DNA of 64,000 bases from Lingula anatina (lineage: Eukaryota > Animalia > Brachiopoda). Shown one piece after another: positions 22,771-38,400 of the stretch (within the stretch, counting starts at the first letter, position 1; the number at the start of each line of letters is the position of its first letter). The position numbers were made by a program, and so were the translations under genes. The DNA lies in assembly GCA_051362555.1 (NCBI GenBank), contig CM120640.1, forward strand, positions 66,752,788 to 66,816,787, read 5' to 3'. The notes under the pieces are model-generated. The model did not search any database. It was given only the letters and a program-made list of their open reading frames with translations, and was not told the DNA's origin.

Positions 22771-25700
22771 AACTTATTTTCATATCCTTCAAAATTTTAC
22801 ATATAATGACATGTCTTATCAGGAGAAAAACTGGGACAAAAATTCACGTAAAGCCTATAACTATAACATGTACTTCAATAAATCATTATCAATAAAACAC
22901 TATCTAGAAAACCAAAAATACCCACCACTGGTAAGGCTGTCGAGACTAAAGATGTTGAAATTCCAGTCAGTTATCCTATGTAACAGGCACTGAAAAATTA
23001 ACAGGGAAAATATTAAAAGGAAGATAGAAATATAAACAGGAGTAAAACATTGAGCAATACCCAAAAGCTGTCTATCATTTGTAATATGCATTATGTTCTG
23101 AATAAAGGTTGTAAAATATAGATTAATTTCTTAGAATTTCCTGTAATTTGCTAACATTTCTAAAAGATTTGTTCACAAAAAAAATCTTTTACTGAATGAG
23201 ATCACACCACAGGTTCCTGCTGTCAAACCCACAACCCACAACCAACAGCCAAGAAGCCACAGCAATTTTTTTCAGAGTGAAGGTAAAAAAGAAGTAGATG
23301 ATAAAACTCGATTGATAGTAAAACAATGTTGTGCCATATACACTTCATGACAATGCTGTGTGTGAATTTTCCAACTAAATGGCCTTCTTGAGTTACCCAG
23401 TTCAAATATTATTTTTTTAGTGGCACAATGTGTGTGCTTTAGTACCCCTTATACAGCAAACACTTCATTTCTCTGGCAAGATCGTCACTTTTCCCTGAAA
23501 CATCAAAGTCTACCAAATCTAAAAGCACTGACAAAATTACAGTCTACAGACTTATTTTAGGATTCTAAGTTTCTAATCTATGAACCACTCTAGTAGCAGA
23601 GAGGGAGACTGGTAAATTGTATTGGTAAAAGTAAAAAAAAAAATAGAAATTTAGATCCCGAAAATTGGCTCACAGATCAACATATTTTGACAACACTTTT
23701 GGACAGAGACTGAGTATGTTTTGGTAATAAAGGGATACTGTTAAGTGTAGCAAAACCACACAACAGGCAGGAGAGTGAAGAACGAAAGCCACTGGAAAAT
23801 GAAAGGAATCAAGCAGACCAGATGGATTAGGAAGAGCCTAAGTAACATCAATAATAGAGCCAAGGGCAGACACGCTGTAAATGACTTTAAGATGACCCCC
23901 CCCCCCCCCCCCCCCCCAGTGTGACACTACTAGGAACATTAACAACAGTTCTTGACCCCTGGTGACACAAACAACACCTGGTGACATCAGCGTGGACTGA
24001 ACATGATGTCATACTGACATAGAAGCACACCTGTGAGTTCTATTAAATATTAGTTTCAGACAAAAGAACATTTCAGACCTACATTTGTATTTATTCTGTC
24101 AAACCTAAAAAGTACTGTTTCAGAATGCTGATAAGTGATACTAACACCTTAAAAATAACCTGTTATCAAATCACATGAATTTTACTTCTTTTTTTTATTA
24201 TGAGAAATCCATAAAGCATACGTCAGGGACATTTTGGCTTGACAGGGTTTAATTCTGCTGATGTAAGCCAGCATTTATAGAAAAGCTTTCCTTTGCATAA
24301 CACATTGATATTGACACATTGAGCATTCTCACATCACTGTACAGGGAATTGTATTAACTACAGGGGCTTGCACAGCATGTATGTGTGCGTCATACACATT
24401 ATCTATATTCAATAAACCCAGTAACACAACTACTTTCAGCTACCTCTCCACAAAGGTCTTTCACAGCAGTTAATTGTATCCTAGTTGAATGTGGAAATAA
24501 AGGACATGCTTCTTCTAATAATTCATAATATTACTTCATTAATGATGATAAAATTATCATAACCTTGGATGGGATTCATAAAAGGTTGTTTGAAAGTCAG
24601 GTATTCTTGCTCTGCGTTCAAAAAAATCTATGTCGACTTCAGAATCTACCTATCCACCCATCCATCTACTCAGATTCTACTCCGACACTAAAATCAGATT
24701 TAAAATTAGATGGATTACAAAAAAATAACAAAATGCATAACCTTAATACAATTTTCAATTAAATCATTTTATTCTGATTCCCTGAGCTTAAAAGACTCAA
24801 AAACAAAAGTGGCTTTGAATACCAAATCAATTATGTCTGGAATGAATTGTTTCAAGATAAAGAGGAATTTTTGAAAAGGGTTTTATATCATCTTTTGCGA
24901 TGTGACAAGCATTTATTGCTTTTCAGTCAAACTTGGATGCTAGTAGGCGAGATTTATGTTCTCAAGGTAAGGTTACTATGAAACATGAGTCAAATGACGT
25001 AAAAGAATCCTCTGAGTGAGTTGACAGCTGATGCAGAAAGAAAAAACTTATGAGGATATCCTTGACATATGTTCAGTATTTTGTATTGGAAAGCAATTCA
25101 TTTGTAAGCCCACCTGGACATTAATTACAACCCCTATGTATATTTACATATACACAGAAACTTGTATAAATAAACATGCAACCTTTGCAAGATATAGCTA
25201 TTATAATGGAAACACCCAGATTTCAGAATAAAACACAATCTTTAGTTATAGTTTGTCAAAACAGCCTTTTCAATGACAGTTTTTAAACTTGAATGTGAAA
25301 CGATTTTAATAATGGTCATATTGTTTATTATTCAAATCATAAAGAAATGTTTTTGGTCACATCTTTTGGTTAATAAATACCCTGCTGTGCCTCATTTTGA
25401 TTACAGATATCCTATTCTATCATCAGAAATAAAGAGCAAATCATTATTTTATCGGCAAAGCATATCAGATAAACTTATTCAAAAATGTTTTTTCCAGGAA
25501 CTTTTAAGTTTTTTCCCATCCAAAACATCTGAGAAAATTATGAACTATAAACTACTTTTCTAGTTCTAAATTTCCATTTTCACCATCACTGTGGAAATTC
25601 ACCAGTCTCAATCTTTATTAAAATGAGTCAAAAATTGGAAACCTATAGCTCATGAACTGGTTGATGAAAAAATAATTTTGTCATGGTTTTAAAATTGAGA

Positions 25701-28700
25701 AATATGGCATACCTTGGTGATTCAGGGAAAAGTTGAAATATCCAGGAAAATTATAATTTTTATCATTATTATTAGTGCTATATAAATGTCTAAGACAAAT
25801 TATAATTACTAACTTACACATAAAAATATGGTTATCTAATTATCTAAATTTATTTTGTCTCATTTTCATTCGTTCTAATAAACAGTGTCTACCTCCTCTG
25901 TTTTTGTGCTACCTTACGTATCTACCTTAGCTGGACCATTGTAATAGTGGTCCAATATGGAAGCCGTTTCCTTGGAGACCCTGAGAATGGAGCGACGTTT
26001 GTGTGGACCTTTGTGCAAGGTTAAAAATCGAAGACTGCATCTTGACCTGTATGTCTTCCCATCTAAGTCTGAAAATTGACAGTGGCACTTATATTATCTC
26101 AGCCAAAATTAGAGAGATGTTTGGCATGTTTTTAAATGTGTACTAATGAGCTTTTTATAACATAAGTTATATATATTAAACTTTATAAAACAGTAAGTAT
26201 TAATCTATACACATAATTACAAAAAGAAAATCACATTTGTTCTAGCATGTATGAATATGCATTGATAAAAACATTATGATTATCAAACACTTGGCAAATT
26301 TCTTTCATTCTAATATTTTTAATATTTTAAAATTTTACTTGCAAACAAGTAATTAAATGTTGAATCCTTTAATTTCTAGATTAATATTAACAAGTTCAAT
26401 GTGTTAGTGTAACTCATAAAGTAGACAAGTTTTGAAAAAAATGCCATATCATTTATGATTTGATAGGTTCTGATATAAAAGATGAGGATGACTTACTGTC
26501 TAAGATTTGAAAATCTGGATCAGAGCTCCGTCTTCTTTTGTTCTGTGGCGAGGTATGATCCTCCCCTATCCCCATCTGAACTTTTACATCACCTGCAAAT
26601 AACAAGATATACCAGACAATTATCAGTTCAAGTCCTAAGAAGTTTCAGGATTGCAACTTTTTAATGCCTCTTTTGTTGCTCATGGTAAGGTGCTAATGAA
26701 CAATTGTATTCCTAAAAACAACATATATATATAAATATCTTCTGGTGATCCTAGATCATTTACACTTAAATTCCAAGAACCTGTTTAAAAATATATTATA
26801 TTATGTAATTGGAATGTAAAACTTGCAATAATTGACAAACAGAAGCAAAAGAAACATTGCGTGAGGTAATGTGTCATCAAATTGGACAACAATGAAACTC
26901 AAAGTCATATATTTCAAATCAAATCAAATAGCACTAATTTAACTTGAAAACAGGTAATGGAACAGAAACCCATTCAGAATTCTGAGAAAGACCTTGCAAT
27001 GGTTGGAGCCTGGAACCTGGAGCCTTCAATCATAATGCTGGTTCACTTTTTACCTGCAGTCCAAATTGATTTGTAGACCCTAGCAATTACTGGCGAGGTC
27101 TGAATAACTTTTTTATTAGACAACAGGTCTCAATCTCAAACATATGCTCAGTTGAAAATCATGTCATGTCAAATTTGACACATGCATCAGCATGTAAATA
27201 TTGGTAACTATGAAGATGCAGCACATTGTGACATAATATGTAAATGCACATGTATGTTTATGGTCAATTTTGACACATTTAGTCTTAAAAAGAGCCAACT
27301 AAATGCTTTCATGTTCATCTTTTCCTTACTTCTACAGCCAAATCTACAATAGATCCAGGGAAACAGGCTTCAGAATTTCTACATTGGATCTTGCCGAGAT
27401 ATATGGGGGCTCGCTGAAGGCATGCTCACATCCTTCCGGAGAATTTTCCATTTCCTTACAAGCTGAAGTAATGCCACTTCAATCTATCTATTAACCTTCT
27501 ACTGTTCTTTGTTAAGATAACTGTCCTTCCTTTAGCTATAGTATTCCCAGCAGAGGACTATTCTGCTCAATTCTTAAACTAAGCTATATAACAGACATGC
27601 CTCAGCAGACAAAGTGAGGCCTATGGGTATTTCACTTAGATCGCCAACTAGATTGATATAGGCATGCAGCCCTAGCTCAAAATAGGACAGAAATGAAATG
27701 ATTTTTAGAGAAATATAAACCTGCTTTAACAACCAGAGACAATTGCATGCATGATTGCCAGTAATGGAAGTGTGACGCACATACTGCTTATATCATAAGC
27801 CAAGTTCAATTGTGGGCAGCACACAAGTTGGACACCTACCAAGGTCATCATATTGCAGATGAGAAATAAGCAACCTGATAACATTCTTTCTTTTAAAAAT
27901 GTTCTCTTTTTGGTATCAAAATACATAAAGAGAGAGATGACAACTTTTTGTTAGCACCTTACATATCATGTGGCCACAAGGCACAATTATACCTGTGGCA
28001 TGTGTACTTTCCTTTACAGGAAAAAATACAACCATTAAGAGACGAGGAGAGACTTTTTGACAGCTCTTGTACACTTGGTGCATAATGATATTTCCAAGAA
28101 ATGAACACTTGTTTCATCTGCCCCAGTGTAATAACACCTCTTCAATCTAAGGTTTCAAGGCTTTTAATAGCAGTGGCAACAGCTGACTGAATGGAAACGA
28201 TGACCCAAGATCACATATAGATGCATGTTGTCCACAATCATCTATGGTCAATATTTCAATATACACCTTATATAAATAAAACTGTTAAAATTTATTAATG
28301 AATTTTTTTTTTATCAGATATTAAATGCAACTTAATCAAATGCATGAAAAAAATTATTGAGCATATATACCATGTTAGCATGTTATAAAAGTACAACTCG
28401 TGATTCAACCAAAGATTGATCTAATCTTTCTTTCTTAAACATCAAAATAGAACTAATATTTCAAAGAACAGTTACATCTATTTGATCTATGATCATTTCT
28501 GCAGAAAATATGGCAAAAAAAAAACATAAAAAAAAATTGCACATTGATCTCTATTAAATGAAACTGTTAAAATTAACCAGATTTGTCCAAATAAAGCCCA
28601 TCAAATAAAATGTGTACGGTAAACAACCTGGCCCCAGAAAAAAAAACTTCCAGCAAGGCAGACCTGGGGCAGAAAAAAAGCCATTCTACTCAAACTGCTA

Positions 28701-31684
28701 TCTTAAACCAAACGTTTTAGTGAAATTGTGTCCTCCACATTATTGTAATTTACCACACTAATAATGACAAGAACAAATGTATCACAATGCCTGGATCTAA
28801 TCTGGAAAATTAGAAACATGCACATTCCAGTGGAGTTTTCCCCGTCATTCCTTCCCAAAAATATTCTATAAAACTGATGCTTATTACAAAAATATTCAAC
28901 ATACAATTCATAATTGCTATGAATTTCTATCAATTCAATATGGTGTCATGTAATCTAGATTCATACACAGAGAGTCTTCATGTTTAACAGCCATATCTGA
29001 GCTAGGTGGACCATCAAATGTAAATTGTTTCAATATCACATATGTTCAATTGAATTCCTTTTTGCTGCATGCACTGATCACACAGCGACCATTCCCTGAC
29101 CTGAACACGCAGCTTTAACTCACCTCTCTTTGCAGGCACACCACATAGCAATTGTAGCAAGGGTTGACAAAGCCAACTAAAAAAAGCTTCCATTTCACAG
29201 ACAGCCTTTAACCAAATGCTAGCAGCTCAGAGATATAGCTGCTGATGTTCTCACAATAAAGCCTTGGTGTGAATTCAGGATACAATGCAAGAATGCCTAA
29301 TGAATGCCGTCTAATTCTGATCCATAACAAATGTATTTAACTGTAACTTAAAGGGAATCCAATGAAGTCAGTCACCAACTAATGCACACAAACCTATTCT
29401 CCAATAGGACAGGTCTGCCCTGAATTTCGGAGCAATTATAATAAATTAATAATCTGTCCAGAATTACAAGACTTAGTTTAATATGCTGTTGGCTGCTTTT
29501 ATGCGTATTGGCCAAAGGTAATGGGAATCAGGACTGAACCTGTATGATAAGTGCATCATTTGATTATCATGACCAAGTATATTTGAGGGCAAAAGAAACT
29601 ATACACCATAAACCATCTAATGTTCAATCACATAAATCATTCTTTGCAGCTGAAACTTGGTCTTTTTTCCATGTTCACAATAAATCACCACAGGTAGTGA
29701 TTAATACTGCACAGGTGCTTCTCCGTAAAAACAATATATAGGCAATTAAATTACGGAAAAAAACAAGACAGCTATTTTCATTGCATCTACTATTATCCTA
29801 ATGATAACACATGATATAGCTTCTTCTTAACCCTATAGACTGGATGCTTTGCCTGAAAAGACACTTATAGAATGATATAAAGTGACATATGGTTTCATTT
29901 CAAAGTGATGGACCCCAAGGAAAAAATATCAATGTTAGGGAGCTAAAATTGGCAAAAGGTGCGAAAAAAATTTGACACTTTAGTCGTTGACTCTCCTTAT
30001 TAATTGACAATAACTTCAAATTCAGGCATTTGAAGACCAAAAAATCTTAGATTTACCTTAAAATATTTTTCAACAGCATTTTTAATTTGCCAGAGAAGGG
30101 TCAAGAAATTATTTTATAATAATTATTATATATTTGGCACAGAAAACAATCTAATATCTGGGAAATGATGTCTAATAAAACTCCTGATGTCATGAACAAA
30201 ATACCGATGACTTACGCCATAAGTAAATGATGGTTTTTGACAAATCAGAGTAATAGAAATACATTGTCATCATCAGACAGCAAACATTGTGGCGTATTAT
30301 AACATTTGCTGTTATCATGAAGGACACTGACATTGATGTTTTAAATTATATTATAAAACAATTATTGGCTCATGATGTTTTGCATGCCTCAGCCTAAGTC
30401 AATAATTGTATATAATTAAAACAGTTTTCTTTATATAAAACAAGTGACATAATGATTGGAATGTTTAATTATTCCTCGTAAATGTTTTTGCCTCTTTCAG
30501 GCTCTTCAGACAATAAAATGATTGTGTATTTATTGTTACTAGGCAACTGTATTGTCTATTGTCTTATCTTAACGACGTCAAGCCCCGAATTTGAAACGCC
30601 TTCTGACCACTGCCAAATTTTCTTTAAACAACATTAAAGAAGTGAAAAAATGTGGGGACAACATGTGACCTAATTATAGAGGGTCAATCATTGACTTTAA
30701 ATACAGGGAAGGTACTAACACCAAATGACAAAATGACTTAAAAATCACAAAATGTCATTTACACAGCAATATATCCCACATACAATGAATTCTTTATTGG
30801 CCAGACAAGCATACTATAGATAGAATTCGAGTTCATCAACAGCAGGTGAAAGACCCGAATGTGCCCCTGCTCAGAACACTTTGAACAAGGCAGCAAAGCT
30901 GTCAAATGTACAGACAAAAAACAGAAAATAAAGATGCAAAATAGGTCATTTTGTCAATTTTGATGCAATAATAAATAATGCTTACAATAGCACTGTCAGT
31001 CAACACTGAATTTTAATCATGCACAACAGGTAAAATGGTCAGTAACATGAGCGGACCCAGAGATATTTGCGGACAGTATTCCAAAGTATCTATTTTGATC
31101 CATCCTCCATTTTGATGGTCTTCCAACAGAAGAAAAAATAGATACCAGGCAATATAAACTTAATAACCTGACTGTCTTCCGGAAGACCCAGAAGATGGGT
31201 CTCAATCTACCCTTTCAATAAGATTACAGTTTCAGGACCATGAGTTTAAATTCACATGATGAAAGTCTCAATATTTGAAAAATGATGACAGTGCATAAAA
31301 TAATATTACATAAGTAACATAATGTTTAAAGACATAAAAAACAATACAACTGCTTATGTGGAAATACAGAAATGTCAGAGCCTCAGGCGGATGAGAGTTA
31401 AAAGTCACAAATGCAAGTGTTTGAGAAAAAATTATAAAGGAAAACATAACAAAACTAGAGAAGCGCTCCGAGAGTGCAGACCTCTGCCAAGGTAGCAATT
31501 GTTGATTATTATTGATTATTGTCCTCTTTGGCCCACTTTGGCCCAGTTCCTGAAAATATCAGCAAAATCGGTCCATAACTTTCTTAGTTATGTTGATGAC
31601 AAACAGGGGTGAAAATATAACTTCCTTGGCAGGGGTAAATATAATTCCAATGAAGCTGCTATTCAAACTTTTAATCTTTGAGTT

Positions 31685-31728
<44 letters not shown>

Positions 31729-34700
31729 TAAAACTTATTTGCAATATTAAACAAAATTCACCTGCATAATTATCACTGCTTCCTTATTATTAATCTAGCA
31801 GAGAGCTTAACCTATGGGAGTTTACAGGGAAATATCAACAAGTGTGCTTTATGTAATCTCATTTAATGGCCGATTACTTAGGCAAATTACTTTATAACAC
31901 TGAAATTAGCTAAGTGATACCCAAGGGAAATTTACAGACTGACCCTCTCAAAGGTCTTTCAGGCCCATAAGTCACAACTTAAGAAAAGCACAAAACAATA
32001 ATGCACAAAATAGGAGACTACCAATTCTGATGCAATAATACGTTATGTTTAACTGCACAGTCAACATCAAATTTTAATTTTGCACAACAGGTAACACCAA
32101 CGAAAGTAAAAGCATAAGGCTTCAGGCCCATCATGTTCAAATTTATACTTAGAAAGTGCCAGAATGAGAAAAATGAAATTTCACACAAAATTGCATAAAA
32201 TTCAATAATAAATGATAACCCTATTGACCTGGCTTTCTAATTTGAACTGCATGCCAATCCTAAAAATCATACTCATAAGTTAAATATAATAGTATATAAC
32301 ACAGTTTTCTTTTCATAATGTTTGCAGTAGCAGTGCAAAAAGATTATTGTCAATTTTGATGTAACATTACATAATAAATTATAGAATAATTATCACCAAT
32401 TTTTGATTATTGACTATAAATAGCATGAACATATAGAAAATTTGATTACCATCCGGCTTCATGTCCATGGGAGCTCCGAGTCCCACAATGAATATGCCAA
32501 AAAGATAATGAATATTTCACTAAAATGTATAACTTCCAGAAAAAGAAGCCAATTAGACTGCTTTTCCAACTCGGGCTGCATTTTAGTCCTGTGTTTCTTT
32601 TTTGAAAGTTTGACAATCATAAGTAACACGGTTTTCCCATAATGGTCATCATGGCAGAAGCACCAAAAATTGTGTTTTCTTCTATTTTGATGCAACATTA
32701 CATAATGCTTAACAGCATAATACATCAATTTTTAATAATAAAATATATGTGTCATGGATTTTCAGAAAATGTGACTAGCATGGGTCTTCAAGCCCGTGGA
32801 GGTTCTAAGTCGCACCTTGAAAATGCCAAGAAGTGAAAAATTAAATTTTCACAAAAAACTGTTAAATTGCCAGAAAAATTTACCAAACAGACTGCATTGC
32901 CTACTGAAGCTGTATGTTAGACCCATGTTTCTTTCCTGTAAGTTTGAGAACAGTAAGTGACATGATTTCCCTTAAATGGTCATCATAGGAGCAGTGCCCA
33001 AAAAAGGGTTTTTTTTTTCAAATTTTGATGCAATATTATATAATGTTTAACAGCATAATGACCATTAATTTTTAATTATAAAATATTAGTATCACAGATA
33101 TTCAGAAAATGTGACTAGCAAAGGTCTTCAGGCCCATGGAACTTCAAAGTCACACCTTAAAAATGCCAACATGTGAAAAATTAAATTTTCACAAAAAACT
33201 GTTAAATTGCCAGAAAAAGTTACCAAACAGACTGCATTGCCTACTGAAGCTGTATTTTAGTCCCATGTTTCTTTCCTGTAAGTTTGAGAACAGTAAGTGA
33301 CATGATTTTCCTTAAATGGTCATCATGGGAGCAGTGCCCAAAATAGGGGTTTCTTCCAATTTGATGCAATATTATATAATGCTTAACAGCATAATGACCA
33401 TTAATTTTTAATTATAGAATATTAGTATCACAGATATTCAGAAAATGTGACCAAAGGTCTTCAGGCCCATGGAACTTCAAAGTCACATCTTGAAAATGCA
33501 AAAATGTAAACAAGAGAGCACTGTTCTGAAATGGGTTTATTTCCGTTTTTAACACTTTTTTAACATAAAACAAAATAAACATTTTACTGCCATTTTTTTA
33601 TGACCAACTAAGAAAATTGATGAGATGAGAACAGTATCAATAGAACAGTGTTAAATGTCCAATTTCCTCCATTCTGAGATTCTGAACATAGTGGATGATT
33701 GAATCTGACAAACTGCAATGATATGAGTTTATTTCCGTTTTTGACACTTTATTACACAATACATGATAACAAGTTTACCATCATTTTTACATAATCAACT
33801 AACAATGTTGTAAAGATGCAGGAAATGTCAAACAAACACTTTTACGTATCTTATTACTTAAATAATAAGGCTATTAACATGCCTAAGAATTAAATCTGAG
33901 GAAATGTGAGGAAATGTGAAAAAACAGCATAACTTCTAAAATAATGCCCCGATTATGCTGATTTTCGAACTCAACCTGCGTTTTAGTAAGACTGACCATT
34001 CCTGTGAGTTTAATGACAATTGCGCTTTCTGTTTTTCTTATATTGTGTTTACAGTGTTGCATATATGCTGAACAATGAAAAAACCGCATAACTACTAAAA
34101 TAGTGGCCCGATCATGCTGATTTTCGAACTTGACCTGCGTTTTAGTAAGATTGATGACTCCTGAGAGTTACATGACGACAGGCCTAACGGTTTTCCTTAA
34201 AATGTGTTTACAAGGTTGCATACATGCTGAAAAGTGAAAAAACAGCATAACTTCTACTATAATGGCCCGATCATGCTGATTTTGGAACTTGACCTGCGTT
34301 TTATGAATATTCATCAGCTCTGTAAATATAAAGCCAAAAAGTGAAACTGCCTTCCACTTATCGTGTTTACAAGGAAAGTGCACGGCGCCGGCGACGGCAT
34401 CGGCATCGGCATCGGCATCGGCATCGCCATCGCCATCGGCGACGGCGACGACAGACACAGGTGATGGCAATATGTACAGACACATCTGTGCCTGTACATA
34501 AAAATGCGGGCGTGGAAAATTTAGGGTCTTCCTATTCTTTAAAGTAAATTCGAATGATGAAACGAACGCAGGACAAGGGAAACGTATTTTACAGTTGCTA
34601 TATGAAAGGAGATGAAGAAATTATTTACTCGGTTCAATAATTAGTTGGTGTTGGTGGCGAGAGCGGAAGTCTCCCTGTGTTGCTCGAGCAGTAGCACCTT

Positions 34701-35425
34701 GACAACTGAGTGGCGCGATAAATTGTTAAAATACTGAGATGGATACTTGAGCGAGGTTGGCAATTATTGAAAGTGGGGCTACTAAAGACACCAAATGTGA
34801 GTTGGATGTTTAGCCGAAGTACAGGAAGGGTTGGTGGGTTAAAATAACATTTCTTACCTTCTGCCGGTCTTGTGTTGTGACGCGTTATGTAGAGATGGTA
34901 TTCTTGTACACTTTCTGTGACTCTGCGGTCCGGTTGCTGGGAATGATCTGACGATGGACGCATACGGTGAACACGTTGCAATTAAGTATTAAGGAGCTGA
35001 CCTGCAATTGGTCAGTAATACCGGAGTGTTGTAATGATTGCCCGCAGCAAGCTGAGTGGCGACAGTTTGTCTGACTACCAAATGTGTGCTACTGCTCTAG
35101 TGAGCGAGACTCCCAAAATATATTGCACTATACATGAAATTATAGTCTTCGCCAATAATTTAGTATTTATAGATATATTCAAGCCCAAGTTAAATGAAAA
35201 ATAATCATGACAATTAATGAACAACAATTGACAATCAATTATTGAAATGTCTATCATTGTTTATGCAACAAAGAAAAAATAATATAATTGTCACTGTCTC
35301 TAAGATAAGACAATAGACAATAAAGTTGCATAGTAACAATAAATACACAGTCATTTTTATTGTCTGAAGTAACAATAAATACACAGTCATTTTTATTGTC
35401 TGAAGAGCCTGAAAGAGGCGAAAAC

Positions 35426-35498
<73 letters not shown>

Positions 35499-38400
35499 TA
35501 TTCTGTATCCAGCAACCTGCTATACCCAGATGTTCCTGTATTCCAGCAGGGCAATGCTCCTTGCCATATAGCATAGTCTGTCACCACAGCAAACCCCGTC
35601 ATGCTCAGGCTTTCCTTCAATGGCCAGCACACTTGCGAGATCTAACTCTCATGTGAGCATTTCTGGGACCATTTGAAAAGGAAAGAGGAATCCACCTCCT
35701 ATAAATAGGCACAAGCTAGAGCAGCCGGGCAAGTAGAAGTGGAACTGAATCCAACAAGAATTACTCCAAAGATAAATGCTCAGCATGGGTCAGAGACTTG
35801 GAGTATGTGTCAAAATACATAGAGGCTATATTCAATACAAATTGGTGTAATTCTGATTTTGAGAGACACCAGTGTTTCTCTGTTTAACCCTCCAATATGT
35901 GACTACACTTGATACCTTTGTTGTGGTAATTTTATTCTATCACAACACCTTTTAATATGCATGCACCTTTTTTATGTCACTTCAATGATAAATTGAATAA
36001 ACTAGACAGCAAAACTGGCATATAAACAGGCACCAAATAGCAAAAAAAAAAAAATTTAACACAAAATATACATATCCTGCTAATTTTCAAAAGGAATCTG
36101 CCTTTTTACAAAACAGAGCCATTCAGGAAATTTGAAGTAAAACAAAAATAAGGTCTGGCACTTGTGGGCGACTGTTGCCAAAATATGTGCAAAAAATCAA
36201 TAACTTTCCTTAAAATGTTCCGATCATGTTGATTTTTTTAAAGGAACCTGCCTTATTAACATACAAAGTGTCTTTATATAAAAAAAAGAGACTCTCAGGA
36301 ATGTTTTCCCTGACAGTCACCACTCCCAATGACATTCAGTCATAGCATAATAGACTAAAATATTTCACTTTGGGATAAAAATCCAAAACTGATGGTTGAA
36401 CATTTGCATCCATGTCCAAACAGACAGGCACCAACTAACAATGTTAGGACCCTCTGTATTTTTTCTGATCATCATGTAATGAGCTCTTATATATTGTACT
36501 TTCATAATTCAGTATAAAACCTAATATAGGTTGCCAAGGAAATGAGAAAAATACACAAGGTTCTCAGCATCTAGCCTACTAAATGGATAAGACACCTTGT
36601 TGCAATTGAATCAAACATTTGTCAAGAGTGCGGTAATGACCTGTTCCTCCACTATTATTGATGAATACATTACAATTTAGAGTCAAGATGGCAACAGTAG
36701 CAGACATTACAATTTCTCAAGATGGGAGTAGAGCTCCATGCCGCTGCTCACTGTAAAAGTTCGCATGACAGCCAATCAAAATCACAGAATATACACAGAA
36801 CAGTACCTGACTTCATCGATCAGATTTGATGACATTTAACAGGTACTAGCCAACATGAATAATGTGAAAAGACATATATAATGTGTAATTAAACCTAGAG
36901 AATCAAAGTCAACTGGAGATGAAAGAAATCAAGGTGCAACTAAAACAGCATGACATGTCTTTGTAATGAAAATTCAGTACAGGCCAACCAAGATTAAATA
37001 GTCTATCAACTACTGCAACATCTAATTTCATAGCATTATGATAGTCACAAGATGAAGAAATATTTTCAAATAGCAGGTTTGTAAAATAGAAATATTCATT
37101 AAGTTAATGTGCTGGGTCATTCCACAAAAAATGAACTTTTGAGTCACATTAGTGATGCATTCATTTTGTGTAATATTTGCATAATTATGATTTGCCATGT
37201 TACTTCTCTGCTTCATACAATAGTATCCTTTAATATGGAAAAAAATCAACAGGTAAGAAAAAGTGATATAAATATTGTGCAAATTCACTTTTAGATATAA
37301 TGTGGAAGTCTGGTTACAGGCAATGGCAAGGCATCTTCTGCATAAGGAAATCTGACGGTACCTGACTTAACAAGGGATGCTTACTACATTTTCTTATGGG
37401 CAATATAATTATGTTACAGATATATCTTAATAAATATTTCCTCTTCAAATCAACTGAACTGTCTTGTTGCCATGGGTGACACACTGCTAGTTGACATCAG
37501 GAAATAATGTACGGCAAAAATCTGTACATCCAGAGAAATTGGTACAACTAGACAGTATATCACACTAAGAGGCTAAAGGCAAACGAAACTCATATGGACT
37601 AGTGTTTTTTATTTTTTATCTGCGAATCATTTTTCTGTTGCTTTATTAAAAACTATGACCAATGTTTTTATTAATCTGCTATTCAATGTCAGTAGAGAAT
37701 CCAATTATAATATCTATGAAAATGTATCAAATCAGTCATATAAATAATTCGGATTTTTTTCATGGATAACAGAACTGGTTGTATGCATTCCTTTATCCAA
37801 ATTGAAAGAAACTAAACCACACATATATAAAGTCCTCTAAACTCATACCAAGAAACAGTTCTTCTTAATTCCTTATGATAAACTTTAACACAGTAGCAAC
37901 AAAACTATTGATCCTGGATATCATGTTGCATACACCATCTGTGATAATGGTTTTACAGAGAATAAAACCGATTAACCCACTACAGTGCGTTAGCTGGGAA
38001 AGAAGTCATTGAAGAAAGAAGTTAAGCTGCACTAGCACTTTGGATGGGGCACTTTCAACCTAAGATGACAAAATAATAGTTCACCTGTGAACATTTCTTT
38101 GTTAGCCTGGGCACAGGCACCCATCAGAAACTAATAACATTGGGCTATGCATGAACTGAGTTTGTAAAGGAAAATTTTTTTTTTTTTTAAGATCTGAATT
38201 TAGGAACAATATTCCATTTAAACCCAAAACACCTACTAAACATTTCAAAAATAAATTCCAGACTTTTCCAATGCCAATGTAAAAATGAAATATACTATTT
38301 AAAAAGATATAATATAAGTTATGTATTCCCAATTATTGCTTTAACTGATATTATTGGGCAGATGATGTAATATATGGAGATCAATTTGGAATATGATTAT

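Noticed and set aside
34168-34547. ORFs with poly(DA), poly(MP) and poly(RH); also the 156-aa ORF at 41287-41757
   Set aside because: Translations of the hexamer microsatellite and 159-bp repeats of the pearl-like element.
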